A DNA stretch of 56,749 bases, filler included, from Porpidia crustulata (Eukaryota), in NCBI GenBank assembly GCA_964255105.1. It is 2 parts of 2 records of this genome, joined end to end, with 100 filler letters (N's around TTAATTAATTAA, not from the genome) between each part and the next. Parts side by side here need not be neighbours in the genome. Positions count along the whole stretch, not along the records: positions 1 to 28,572 come from CAXUWE010000029.1; 1 more part is not named here. The stretch is one strand, 5' to 3'. Position 1 is the first letter of the stretch. Every line of letters begins with the position of its first letter. The position numbers and the translations under genes are program-made. The notes under the pieces are model-generated. The model had not been told where the DNA came from. It made no database searches and saw only the letters and a program-made list of their open reading frames with translations. Of the stretch, positions 12,371-24,496 are shown piece after piece.

Positions 12371-13892
12371 CGGAGTGGATATATGGCCTGTATGACATCG
12401 TATGTAGTTTTGGGTATCGGCACATGGGGTCTGGTGTCCTGGTGGAGTTGGGAAGCCAGGGAGGGCATTGGGAAGGTGGCGTTGGCCAAGATATACCAGA
12501 ATTCAGATTAGGATGGTGAACATGTGGATCAGACTTCTACATAAAATCCCAATGTTCAAGAAATTAGATATTTAATCTCTTGAATACCATGTTTCGCCTG
12601 ACAGCTGCATTCGCATACAAACGTTCCCTCGTGGACATGGTATCTAGCCCATCGACCCAAGCATCCAGGAGCTCTTTCACAATAGAGAAGCGCTTACAGC
12701 TCCTAGCAATCTTTGCCACTTGCCAACGAGGAGCTTTTGTAATATCCAGGATCAAACGGCGTTATATAAGACCACCGGACGTTGTTCTATATGTGCTGCG
12801 GCTCGGAAAACGGCATGGGAGAAGTGAGGGAGAAAGAAAACGGCGAAAGTCGATATTCCATCCCAGCGGTGTGACTTATTGAACAGGGATGCATGACCAG
12901 CACTGTCATCAACCCACCATGTCCTTTTACTCCTACGTCAAAACGCAATCCCCACGGTGTCGCATCCCCAGCTTTTCGCGTCCGAAAGATCTGGGACACC
13001 ACCGTCTCCGCTGCTCCTGGACTTGTGGTCGGGAATGGTGGATCATTGGTATTGGAGCATGATACTTGCCGAGCAGATTTATGGCGGTAATTTGCGGGCT
13101 TTGTACATGATATGAAGCGCGGAATCTAGGCAAGCAGAAGTTGATTATTGGAGTGACGGTGTGCCGCTTAGACAGAAGTGAGATACGATCATTCTCGAAA
13201 AACGAAGTGCCGGATCTGGCGCTCAAGGGGAACACCAGCGGCGTGTAAAAAGGACAGCGACTGGTTTGTGCTCGAGAATCCGACTTTGATCTTTGTTGTG
13301 AAGCTAGGCTTTCGTTTTCGGTTTTGTAGGTGTAGTTGATGAGTGGCTCGATTGGGATATGGCGGCACGACGACGGCTATTGCGGTTGAAGGAGGAAGCA
13401 AACGAAAAGAGAATGTGGGTGTTCAATGGAAAAGATAGCAGCTGTCGTAAGGGGAAATTTCATAGGCGATACTATTGAGCCGAGGGGTGAGGTAGCTACA
13501 GCTGACTTGATGAATGAGTAAAAGCGAGGCCTTTGTTGATCGTGCGCATTGTTGACATGCCGTATCTTTGGAAAAAGAAATCGGAGATTGAAGTGGACAT
13601 GGAATGAAAGCCTTGGTGGCAGTCGTTAATATAAGGGCAGCAAGAGCGTCATTGGAAATGAGGAAAAGGCTTGGAATCGTGCTGAACAATGAGTTTTATG
13701 CTAATGTCTCTCAGGCCTACACGCGCATATATCAGAAAGTAAAGAAATTCATTTGAATGCCCGAAGGAAAGACTTCCTCACGCCATATTTTTTTCTATTG
13801 AACACCGTCCTGCGAACATGCGGATAACGAAGCGAAGCTCAACTTAACCGCTTTTCCTCATTACCTACGCTCTCATCCCCTAAGACCCTCTG

Positions 13893-14721
13893 CTAGGTTG
13901 TAGCCCTATTCCGCCTTTCTGGCCCCTTTCCTCTCATCGTTTTCCTCCTTTGCGCAATCATGTGCGAATATAGAACATAGCTCCCTGCCTCGAATTAGCC
14001 AAAATACGCGTCATATCTGGCCCTACTGAATCGGAATTGGAAACCTCCAGAACTTACCCGGAACATAGGCCCCCAGAATTCCCCACAGCGTCCACCCATA
14101 CCAAGCAGGCGCCACCCCACTCGCCAACCAAATCAACCAACACTCGCTTCCAATACCCAGCGGATACATGACATAGAACGCGTTATACCGTAACCACATG
14201 AGGAAATCAGGAACCCAGCCCCGTAAGTTCAGCACAAAATATGAGTAGCGGATAACTTCGGTAACGGACCAGGCGAGTAGCATAGTGCTATAGAATGAGG
14301 ACGTCGAGGTATGTTCGGGAAAAGGATTGACAACGCCCCAGATGAGGAGCATGCGGGAGGATACTTGCATTAGAGTTGTTGGGAGAGGTGAGCGGACGAG
14401 GCCTAGATGACGATCATGTTGTTAGCAGTTCGCTTTTCGGAATCAAGAGACTTTTCAAGGTTCAGCCAAAGCTTTCCCATATTTAAAGCGTCATGATGAA
14501 GAAGCGTTGACCCCACCCAAGGCCGAGTGTACAGCCTCCAGCACCGCTAGCGTCTGCGTCCATTTCGCAAACTCGCCGACGCCGCCATGAACGCCCTGGA
14601 AGCCGACGAGCGGAACAAGCAGTAAGATGCGACCGAGAACGGCGACCCAGAGAGCAGCGCTCACGAGGTTGTATCCGATTAGGTATTGGGTCTTGAGGGA
14701 ACGGGGCGCGCTGGAGTCCAT
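13893..14721 (-). CDS. PHS1: Very-long-chain 3-hydroxyacyl-CoA dehydratase (PTPLA family, 3 exons)
   Basis: Exons 14721-14517, 14402-14058 and 13984-13893. Motifs YLIGYN, MQVSSR, AWSVTEVIRYSYF, WLRYNAFYVMYPLG and YSHMIAQRRK. Confidence 0.93.
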
Positions 14722-14966
14722 GGCGACTCGATAAGGTTAATCCTGATTCAGGAAGTCGGTATATCAGAGAAGGGAGGAGGTAGTATAAGCTCAGCTAAGC
14801 CTAGATGAGAGGAAGTGGTGGGATCGCTGTGAGATGTACATCCAGTCCCACCTACTCAAAATTGTTGAGGAATCTTACGGGAATTCTAAATTAGGAAAGG
14901 ATTTGGTGAGGTGTAGGGCGGCTGTCTTATCTTAGCGTTAGGAACTAAGATAAACGCCACAAGCTA

Positions 14967-15160
14967 TCCTTTCAGCTGGCAGTGGGGGTGCCACCAGGAC
15001 TATCGGGCACCACACCCAGACGGGACGTCACTACACCTATATCAGCTACTCTTATCGACGGAGGCTTGAGCTTCTTAGGTGCAGTCTTAGGGCTAGGGTA
15101 AGCCTGTATAGGTATGGTGCCCGATAATCCTGGTGGCACACTGACTGCCAGCTGAAAGGG
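14967..15160. mobile_element. MITE-like non-autonomous DNA transposon, 194 bp
   Basis: 50-bp terminal inverted repeats (14967-15016 and 15111-15160; 44/50 matches by manual alignment), flanked by TA on both sides (14965-14966, 15161-15162). No recognisable coding capacity. Confidence 0.78.
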
Positions 15161-15578
15161 TATATACAAGCCAGGGTGTGAGTGTTATAGAGAGAGCCTT
15201 GTGTATTGGGTATAGAAGCTGGAGCAATTCTCTTCAAGTTTCGAAAGAGTGCACAGTTGATTGAGCAGATTCCAAGAACTACGACGAATCTAGACATTTG
15301 AGATCCTTGAGCTAGAACATTCCATATGGAAAGTACTCTGAATAAATGATCTTCCCTATCGAGCGACCTAGCTCAACCCCGGGCTAGGGCATAAGAATGC
15401 CCTCTTTAAAGTGTCGCAGCCCCTGATCCTCCTCTGAAAGCGGGCGCCAAAAAGCCCTACCGTTTTCACCAGTAATCATGCTTGAAACGCCGTTTTCTTT
15501 GGTCGAGAAAGGTAAGTGAAACCGCCAACGCCATGTGCTATGCTGAATACTTGACGAAGAGACATGACTGAATACTCG

Positions 15579-16827
15579 TTACATGTACATCTGGAATAGA
15601 CTCTTCACATTGGTGATGCTCTTGTCGCCACATCCGTCAACAATGCATTTACTAAAGGGCTTGGTCCTTGATTTCACTTTTGATTTGTTCTTGAACCGAT
15701 TCTTCGTGCATTCTCCACAATAGATCTAGCCTCCATTAGTATCGATGACATAGGCCGGTGATGATCTGACATACATGGCCGCAGCTTTTGATGACCCAGA
15801 CCTGCCTCTTCGATTCGTCGTCACCCGTTCCTAACTCTTCCTCGCAGTTAGGACAAATGAGGACATCATCTTCCCTTGGCGATCTCGTGAACCCCTCACG
15901 CGGAGCGCAAGGCGCATCATAGGTCGGCGGAGGTGGCGGCGGGCGTGGTACATCACCCATAGTGAAACCCTGGGTGCTGAAGTCGAGGTCTCCTGGAAGG
16001 ACCATGTTGTTGCCGGTGTTCACGAATATAGTGTCGATGTCGACATCTGAGAAATGGCTGTGCGGCGGCGTTTGGGCTGAGTCATCTCGGTGGAGGAGCG
16101 CATTCAAGGGATGCAGGCCGGGAGGATTTCGGAGTGACTGCTGCACTCTCGCCACTTGCCTGCCCAGATCTAGCCATACTGGTGTTGGCCGGTCATGGTG
16201 ACTTTGCTGCGGCCTCGTGCGATAGATTGACTCCGGATTCCTCCGTCCACGATGGTGCCCAGATGATTGAGAACGGTTCTGTACCGTTGATGGAAGAGGC
16301 CGGGAAGAAACAAATTCAATCTCAGGGCTATCGTCTCTTACGGCAATCATACTTGAACCATCTTCTGATTCTTCCAAATCAATAATATTTCGCGGAAAGT
16401 GTGGCGGCCGCGTCGCGCGTGGCGATGTAGAAATTAGGACGGGACCTGAGACTAAATTGTTCCTATCTTGTACTGGGCTGGAATCTTCTGTGAGATCTAT
16501 GACGTTTTGCGGCGGTCCAGACATAACAGGCCTTCTAAATTCAAGGCCGTCGCCAGGAAATCTTAGAGCCTCCGGGTTGAAAAATAATGAGTTGAACGAA
16601 GCAGGCGGGTTGGAACTGGAACTGTGGGTAGAAGATTCTGGTTGATTGAAAATCCAGGGCGATTCGTGGTTACTGGAGGTGCAGGTCATCTGATCGTAGG
16701 CCCCCTTCAACGCCAGTGAAATGTCAGACAGATAGTATAATGCATCTGCTTGATTACATACCGTGCGGCCCTGGATGTCTTGGAGGGGGAAAGGCGAGAG
16801 TGACGCCACGGAGAACTGGGCATCCAT
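15579..16827 (-). CDS. SIM-containing RING-finger protein, Slx5/Rfp1-like SUMO-targeted ubiquitin ligase subunit (2 exons)
   Basis: SIM-like motifs VIDLTED, IIDLEE and EIEFVSS. The C-terminal RING-like CPNC...CGH|IYCGEC...CIVDGC is joined across intron 15774-15726. The true start may be downstream (MSGPPQNVIDL). Confidence 0.75.
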
Positions 16828-17919
16828 GATATCCCCATGAGCAAACGTAGTTAGGCTATGCTTTGTGATCGCTCCTCAAGTAAAGGCAAAGTGCGTTCAA
16901 GTGTAAGCGTGAGGTACAATGCAGGGAGTTGTTGTATAAGGCCGAGTTTTGTGAGTGGCGCACGAGTTGAAGTCCGAGGAGCAGCGACACTCCGCAGCTT
17001 TGTGCACCGTCGCCCTAGCCCAATTGCAGTGTTCACAACAGCTTCACCCCATAACTAACCTTCACGATGGATACAAGTAGGAGCTTTCCGCCACATATTT
17101 AGATCTCCTCGCGTCACGTTCTAGTCACTATCATAATATCACTCTCTGTTTTCGTCTCGTAGCGCCTCATGCTCATCCTCGGGCAATTCCCACGACTCTT
17201 CTCTTCACCACGATTGGGACTACACTGACTGTTTGTACCGTTGTCTCATTTATGACAGCCGCTAGCATCTATGGCTTCGAGCTAGAGTATTCTTATGACT
17301 CCCATACATCCCAGATAATAGAGCTCTTCGATTTGTCCCGGTTTATTTTTGACAGCCGAAATCTCGCTATTAGATGGACAGTCTCTGCCCTTCATTGGCA
17401 GGAAGTTTCCGAACTGTCGATGTCTTTCTACTCTGCCTTATGCTAACAGGAGCCCTTAATATAGCAGCGGCAGGTCTGTGGGAAGTGGACAGGAAAGCTT
17501 GGCTGTAGCCAATGGGGATTGCGGTTTTAGGCTTTTCTGGGTGGGGACTGGTGGTGTGAGGTGAAGAGTTGGATAGTTTGGGGACCCCTCCGCAGAAGCA
17601 CTTATTTCACAATGAATGCCATCGTCTTGTTCTGGGCTGCCCATCCTGGCGAGCAATGGTACGCTGTATCAGAACAACCCCGACGCGACGCATTGTGGGT
17701 AAAGGCTTTGGGGTGATTGGGGTGCCGTCGAAAGTTTAGCACAGCCCCAACAGAAAGACTATGAGACATGCACGAGTAGACCGTTACAGGGTCATCTCGT
17801 AGCTGACAAGCATCGGATGATATTATAGTGCTCATAGAAGGATACACATTACTAGGATCACAAGGAGCATATAGTACAGAGCAAAGTCGCATGCTAAATG
17901 ACCAGGCGTCAACCTTCTT

Positions 17920-19556
17920 TTATTTTGATCCTATTACCGTCACGGTCTCGTCCCTACCCAATAGAACAAGGCTATGTGCGTTGAGACCCCATTCGACAGC
18001 TACAGTCGGTATAGCGCTTCTCAGGGGTTCTGACCATTCTTTTGTAGATTTCGAATATTGTTGGACAGTAAGACCGCTGGGCCCTGCCGTAGCTAGGAAT
18101 TGGCCGGTGTAGTCCCATTTAATGCACTCAAGTTGACCACCGATCTCCAATTTATTCATACAGGCCGCCTTTCGCAAATCCCATATCGAGACACTCGTTG
18201 ATTTGTTTGTAATAGCTGCCAGCCAAGTGCCGTTTTCCGAGAAAGACAGAGCTTTGATGGGACCTGTTTCATCGAAATTGGCGGCGTTATCGCCAGACTT
18301 TACGTCATACACTTTGATTTGACCATCTGCACCGCCTGCGGCGAACAAATGTCCATCGGGGTGGAATTGGGCAGATGTTAGTGCTGCTACTGTGTTAGCC
18401 CGTGATTCAGGTAGACTGAGAGACACTTACCAGAATCGGTGAAAACATGGAGAACTTGTTTGAAAGACGAAAGGTCGTAGTAGACGTAACTCTTATCGAC
18501 GCCCACGGAAGCTAGGATATCCCCACTAGGATGTAGCGCGAGGGCTGTCACACGCCCTGAATGACTAGACAAATTTGCAACTTCAATCCCCTTGTCAAAG
18601 ACCTTAACAGTGCCAGCACTTGTGGCAAAGATGGCTCGATCACCAGCCCACGTAGCATCCGTAACAGCTCCAGATCCCACCTCAAGCTCTTGTACTACCT
18701 TATTCTGAGATATTGAATAGATGCCGCCACGTCCGTCCACCCCACCGAATAGCGCTCGGTCACCATTCGTGTCTAGCATTAGAGATCGAGCATCGGGATA
18801 GAGTGCTTCTGACTTGTTTAGTGAAGCAAAGGACTGCACCACTTCAGACGTTGCCCAGTCACTTGGAATGGCGCGCTTTCGTCGAGTCTTGAACAATCTA
18901 CAGGAGCCGGTAAGCCCAATACATCGAACAGACTTGGAGTGGTAATCAATTTCTTCGCCATACTTTTCTCGTGTAGCCTCCACTCTGGCGACAAGAGCAT
19001 CTGGGAGTTCTTGTCCATCGACCTGCATGGCTTCCCCGTTGCTCACAACACCACTGTTTACGGTGACTTTAGAAATTGCATCTCGAGCTTCATCCCTCTC
19101 TCGAGTCAATCTTGCGATTACTCTGACAGCAGCATCATGCTGGTATAATGCGGTACTGAGCTCTTGCCTTGTTTGTGTCAAATGTTGCCTTAATGTGTAA
19201 GTCTCGAGCGCAAGAGCATCCCATTCATTCTGGAAGACGGAGAGGAGTGAAGGGATTGACGTCAAGGTTGGAGGTCGAGGTCGAACAATCCGGGCTGATT
19301 TGAGATCTACCAGATCGTCTATCGTTAACTCTTCATTTGTCACTGGATCCTTCCCATTCTCTGAGATGTAAGCCTCTATGAGGCGCTTCTCGAACACGTA
19401 GCCTATATATTTGAGCACAGTTTGGTTTCTTATGGTAAGTTCTACTTACCACTTTTACTAGAAGCAACCGGAAGTTGAGGAGCCTCGCCAGAGACTGGGG
19501 TACGTTAGCTCCAGCGACTTTGCAGTAGGGAACAGTTACGTACTTGCGCAAAGCAT
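17920..19556 (-). CDS. PRP19: Pre-mRNA splicing factor Prp19 (U-box, coiled coil, WD40; 5 exons)
   Basis: MLCA|ISGEAP...VFEKRLIEAYI...DPVT, then PRPPTLTSIPSLLSVFQNEWDALALE and RQELSTALYQHDAAVRVIARL, followed by WD40 repeats. Confidence 0.97.
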
Positions 19557-20063
19557 TTTTTCCAGGCCACGAAGACTTTACAAACTTCATTCGTGGGCCA
19601 GAATTTATTGGAGCTGAATGCGCACAGTGAAGGTTGGATCCTGGGGTAGGTAGTTCAGTCGTGTGAAGAAACATATACTAGGTGCGGAGTACGGAAAGCT
19701 CGAGATCATCTCCTTGCAATATCACGTGATCAGGTGTAAGATGGACGGTCTAACAAAGGTTTATGGGAGGTGCCTCTAGTAGGTACCACGCTTCGAAAGG
19801 TTCTTTCGAGACCGATGGAGAGAGAGAATATCCTGATTACAAGGGTTCAAAAATGCGAAACGTTTCTTGTGTCTCAGATATCTGTCGCTGGTCTCTCACA
19901 GAAATCTAATGACTGCATTGGCACTTATGAGGCGAAACGCATGGCAGGTCCAGGGGAAGCGGAACAGCTGCCATGCTCGACTACACCGGGTTGAAGCAAT
20001 CGATCTGGGTCTTCCCAAAGTCGAGTAAATCTACGCCATAGCGAAATTCCGAAAAAGGTAACC

Positions 20064-20651
20064 TTACATTAAATCGCTTATTACCTTCTCAGTTGATTCA
20101 TCATTGAACGACAGCTTTTTCCTTTCACCCTTCTTCAACTTCAGCCTTTTCCTACCAACGGGCCAGTCTGTATTATGCGGGCTGCCTTCTGCATCGTCAT
20201 CTTTCCCGACGACCTTGGCAAATCGTCTCTTTCTGATAGCTCCAACTCTAGCTAGTTGCTGCTTGGAAGGCGCTTGATCCTGATTAGGTTTGACCATTTC
20301 TAATAGAGGCTCTTCCAGATTATCATTCGATGTCGCCCGAGAGGCTGATAGCTGCCTCTCCTGGTCCTTGACTTTCAGGCCGTTGACTAGTGCATCGTAC
20401 TCGATTCTAGAGATGGTTTCCTGGCTGTCTTCCTGCACGTAAGTAGGCCCCTCGTCTTCATCGTCGCCAATTTTTTTCTTCGTCGGCCTCGCTAGAGGAC
20501 GTTCATGCCGTGAATTCTCTCCTCGGTATTCTCCTCTAAGTTTACGCAAGAATTTTGGCTCATTGGAGTCTGCAGTCTGTAAGCATTCCTGAAATTAAAG
20601 ATTTTAAACACATAACTTGCCGTAAGTGAGATTCTTGGCATTGAAGCTCAT
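20064..20651 (-). CDS. Small charged conserved protein, DUF4604-like (2 exons)
   Basis: Begins MSFNAKNLTY|DSNEPKFLRKLRGE, contains EDEGPTYV, and ends with a KKLSFNDE motif. The model requires the GC-AG intron 20620-20570. Confidence 0.8.
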
Positions 20652-21642
20652 GATTGCAGTCATTCTCTGCTGTACCTCGATATCTTGTATATTTTAACAA
20701 AATAGCTTCCACTACTTCAAACCTATCAAACACTAGGGATTAGCAGTAACGGAACCCATAGCAAGTTTGAAATTGCAATCTATGAGCTTTGTGAACTATG
20801 TCCAAAGAATAAAGTAACACTTTTCACGAAGGAAGTGCTTTCCACAAAATATATTGATGTCGACTCTTCGTCAATAATGGACTTTCTTAGATATGCTTAG
20901 GGTTGATAATCGCGCAGGCAAAGTCAATCACAAGGCTTTCGTGGCGAAACCTGTGCTATTTTGGTTCTCGAAGAATTAAAAGCGCTAAGCTTTATAGAGT
21001 ATAGGTAGTAAAGTGTGAAAAGGCTAGGAAAGACGACATACGGATGAGTTTCGTGAGCCTGTGTGCACGCACCGATCACTCGAATTATAGTCTTTCACGC
21101 GCGGTCTGCTGTTGCTCCAGCAGCTTTACAACCCTCTAAATGATAAATGTACTTGATTTCCCCACCATCACTCGTCTCCAAATTCGCTTAAACCTACTGA
21201 ACGCTACGCTCAGATCGGCAACCGTTTATCGGCTGTAGATCCTTACCTTCGAACCAGGAGCCCCAACCTCCTATCGCTGTCTCTCCACGACGACAATACC
21301 TCCATACCCCATTGACACAGCTTCGGATGCATCCGTCATGACATACGTTGCGCAGGTAGCAATACTAGGGACGCTAGAAGCACGACTATCTGCACAAGAT
21401 TCGGATCCTTGAGGGACACGTTCCCTAGTCGCTCGTTACCTCCCATCGCAAGTCTCCTCGAGGATATCAACGCACATTCACGACGCTTATACGACTCCCG
21501 GTCTAGAACTTACTCGTCACTCCTCTTTCTGTTTGACACCTCCTCCTCTGCTGCGCTTCCTACCCAATCTGGAGGCCCAAAACCTGGTCCTCGATCCCGT
21601 ACCACATACCACCAGAGTGTTGCTCTTTGGGGCGCCATAAGC

Positions 21643-23386
21643 ATGGGGGTTGTTCAAAACCTTGTGAAGCGAATACCTTCTTCGCCTAGCCTTCCCTCTC
21701 TCGAAGGTGTCTCTCGCCACACAGAACGAATCACGCCGAGATTAGCCTTCTTCCGACGGCGAATACGCTTGAAAGGCAATTCGAAGATTTCTATTCCTCT
21801 TGGTGCTGTACTTCTATTTCCATGTATTGTTATAATATTAATACTCGTTCTTGTGGTCCGACATCCTTCGTCTACGGGAAGGATACTAATGCCTGCTGGT
21901 GCTCCCCCATCAATAAGGTAGGTCATATATAACGGAGCTTTCCCACGGCTGTTGCTGTAGCCTAAGCTGATACAAATGCGCACGCAGAAAAATTAGTGAG
22001 AGACATGATAAGGTCTTTGTGACTGGCTGCCTTGAGCCTCAAACAAACGGACCCCGAGCGAACGCTGCTTTGGTGGTTTTGGCAAGGAACCAAGAGTTGG
22101 AAGGAGTGGTCCAGTCCATAAAGTCGATGGAAAGGCATTTCAACAGGTGGTTCAATTACCCATACGTCTTTCTTAATGACGGTGATTTCAATTCTACGTT
22201 CAAAGAAACCATTCGGAACCACACAAGCTCGCCGGTCGAGTTCGGCAAAATCGATCCTTCAATGTGGGGATACCCCGACTGGGTTAACCACGAGGTTGCA
22301 AAGGAAGGAATCAGGAAGCAGGGGGATGCAGCAATCATGTATGGGGGCATGGAGAGTTATCACCATATGTGCAGGTTCTACTCGGGGTTAGTCATACATC
22401 GTGAATGCTTTGAATATGCTAACCTTTACAGTTTCTTCTACAAGCATGAGCTTCTTGCGAAATACGATTGGTATTGGCGAGTCGAGCCAGAAATCAAATA
22501 CTTCTGTGACATTACCTAGTAAGCTTTAATTCTTTGAATTGTCGGTACTTCACGGCACTGACTGCATAAAGCGACCCATTCATACATATGGCGCGCGCAA
22601 ATAAGACTTACGGGTTCACAATTGCTGTGAAGGAACTAAAAGAAACAGTACCAAATATATTCCGCTATGCATCAGCATACAAGCGTGTCAACAACCTTAC
22701 ATCCAAGGGATTATGGGAGATGTTTGCAGAGCCTGCTGTGGAGGATGACACTACCCTCACGACGGACAACCCGAAGTACAAGGCACCTTTGCCAGAGGAG
22801 ATCCTCAGTACAGAGCCTGGGCAGGGGGGGTTGCCAGACGTCGACCCGGAAGCAATGGATGGTGAAAAGTACAACATGTGTCACTTTTGGAGTAATTTCG
22901 AAATTGCCCGACTGGATTGGTTCAGAAGTAAAGAATACAACGACTTCTTCGAGATGATGGACAAAAGCGGCGGTTTCTGGATGGAAAGAGTAAGTCGTCA
23001 ACCATAAGTTCCAGTATCGAAGAATCTGACAGGTATTTCAGTGGGGTGACGCTCCTATTCACTCGCTAGCGGCAGGCGCACTCTTGGCTCCAAAAGACAT
23101 ACATTACTTCCGGGACATAGGATATAGACACACCACAATACAGCACTGCCCAGCAAACGCACCTGGTAACCGGCAGCTCGCAAGGCCTCCTTTCTTAGAA
23201 AAGACCACTAGAGACGAGAAAAAGCGAGCAGAAGAAGACGAGTACTGGGAATCCTGGGACGCTGTGAAGGAAAATGGTGTTGGGTGCAGATGCAAGTGCG
23301 ATACTGATATCGTAGATGTGGAGGGTAAGCAAGGTAGCTGCATGGCTGAATGGGTTGCTGTGGCAGGTGGATGGGCGTCCGCATAG
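21643..23386 (+). CDS. Alpha-1,2-mannosyltransferase, GT15 KRE2/KTR family (Ktr5/Ktr7-like; 5 exons)
   Basis: Type II TM anchor, then LARN, YPYVFLND, SYHHMCRFYSG, WYWRVEP, CHFWSNFEIA and ERWGDAP. Introns 21918-21987, 22387-22431, 22519-22571 and 22990-23041. Confidence 0.93.
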
Positions 23387-24496
23387 CTATCACTCCCAAC
23401 GCCTTAGCGCTGTCCTCGAAAGTCTTACAATGTCTGACGCATGTCCCCGCTGGCATTGACAGCATACGAGCCCGGCAGTCCTCATCTTCTCATCTTCATT
23501 GAGCATCCAGTGGTGTTATCGGCGCTATGGTGTAGACGATGTACGAGGTACAATCCAATTTGGACGGTTGCGAGATTCAATGTTATCAGCGGGAATCTAC
23601 CAATTGGTCCATGTTTGTTCAACCCGTGTCATCCACGTGGTGGGCGGCATAGTAGGCGCTTGAGCATTTGAGAAGAACAATACGGGGGTCTTGCCAAGCT
23701 CTTTGAGAGCACTGCATATGGAACTAGAGGAACACGTCTGTGGTGATCATTGGTGAGCTTTCGCCATAACCTCAAGTATCAAGTGATACGTTCCCTGAGG
23801 GCTACGATGCGCTCTGTAAACGAAATATTCACGCTATTCAAGACATCTTCGTAAAATAATCAATAGCGTTAAGGACTCGGAATGCCTTAAACGCTTTTTC
23901 GGAAGAAATTAAGGTACCTTATTCCATTACTCCATTCTCCACTTCGATCGTAGTAAAGTCTTATCGTAGAACCTACTAGTCCAACACGAGGTCTAGTGCG
24001 GGCGAGGTATCGACAACCAACGGAAGTGCCCCTCCTCCCCCATGATACCTTCATTGCTGCCTCCTACATGATCACTACCTACTCACCCAGCCTGGCCATA
24101 TATCCTGTCAAGATTACTGTGCTGTACTAAGGGCTTTCTCTTTGCTGTATATGACACGCCCTCCATCACCGGCTGAAATAACCCAGTGACCGCTTCCAAC
24201 ACCACCGGAAGAGTCATAAGGCTGCCTCGAGGAGTCTAGTTCCGACCCACTCCAGACGGTAACAACTAAGCGTGAACTACTTATCAGGTATGTTGTTCAC
24301 CAGGAAACTATTACTGTTCTGCGTATACACTGTTACAGAGCTTCCTCCCTCATGCCAAAAGCTCTCCAACGCTGACTTCATGCAGCGGCCAGTGCGAAGG
24401 TGCACGAAAGAGCCTGCAAAGTTCATTCTCCAGTACCCAACAATAGCTGTACATGGTACACCTGAGAGCTGGATATCACATTCCCAACTGATCACG

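Noticed and set aside
14928..14953. Small hairpin TTATCTTAG/CTAAGATAA beside the MITE
   Set aside because: A 9-bp AT-rich stem could be chance or paired GATA sites; not separately supportable.
17252..17900. Short ORFs and a branch/acceptor-like TGCTAACAG at ~17441
   Set aside because: No convincing donor, exon chain or snoRNA boxes found.
21240..21270. GGTTCGAA (minus strand) resembling a tRNA T-loop/B-box; similar word near 34361
   Set aside because: No cloverleaf could be built around either site.
21409..21642. Stop-free in-frame extension upstream of the KTR ATG (TTG start in the ORF track)
   Set aside because: No recognisable protein features; ATG 21643 gives a normal type II membrane protein.
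24272..24496. N-terminal extension of the 890-aa ORF
   Set aside because: It starts at GTG and spans a canonical-looking intron, so it is more likely 5'UTR.
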